A stretch of 62,801 nucleotides of DNA, counting the filler, from Folioceros fuciformis (Eukaryota): NCBI GenBank assembly GCA_049999805.1. It is 6 parts of 6 records of this genome, joined end to end, with 100 filler letters (N's around TTAATTAATTAA, not from the genome) between each part and the next. Parts side by side here need not be neighbours in the genome. Positions count along the whole stretch, not along the records: positions 55,192 to 62,801 come from JBNGIO010004422.1; 5 more parts are not named here. One strand, 5' to 3'. The notes below the pieces were generated by a model. It was not told where the DNA came from. It worked only from the letters and a program-made list of their open reading frames with translations, and did no database searches. A program made the position numbers and the translations under genes. Numbering within the stretch: position 1 is the first letter of the stretch; each line of letters opens with the position of its first letter. Positions 62,600-62,801 of this stretch are shown here, in pieces.

Positions 62600-62801
62600 A
62601 AGTAGGAGACCCAAATACTAGCTGTAGTGTTATCAAATGCTTTTTATCTACAGAAATTGAATATAGTACTTTAACAAAGTAGGAGACCCAAATACTAGCT
62701 GTAGTGTTATCAAATGCATTTTATCTACAGAAATTGCATATAGTGCTTTGACAAAGTAGGAGACCCAAATACTAGCTATAGTGTTATCAAATGCATTTTA
62801 T
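62600..62801. repeat. ~77-bp tandem repeat running off the window end
   Basis: aagtaggagacccaaatactagctgtagtgttatcaaatgc occurs at 62600, ~62677 and ~62754. Confidence 0.9.

Overview
Plant nuclear DNA from a non-seed land plant, most likely a hornwort. That assignment is an inference from the LL-type PPR motifs, compact genes with ~80-170 nt introns and an MFI/C11orf65-like gene. The window joins six separate scaffolds with artificial N44-TTAATTAATTAA-N44 linkers, so gene order across the linkers is not biological. Supported genes are an FAD amine-oxidase-family oxidoreductase, a P-class PPR, a large PLS/LL-class E+ PPR, an orphan ORF with a uracil-DNA-glycosylase-like motif order, a partial P4-ATPase, PEX3, exportin-T (PAUSED), a P/Q-rich low-complexity protein, a partial beta-amylase, a secreted legume lectin, a DUF4050 protein, a PLS-PPR pseudogene, an IQ/MFI-like gene and a partial formin. 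Mobile DNA includes a full-length hAT element carrying two nested LTR insertions, a non-autonomous MULE and a decayed Copia. The best novelty candidate is 5146-12263: an editing-type PPR that appears to splice to an N-terminal OSB-type PDF ssDNA-binding motif, lacks its own DYW deaminase, and is followed ~180 bp later on the same strand by a catalytically altered UNG-like ORF. All assignments come from motif recognition by eye; no searches were run.
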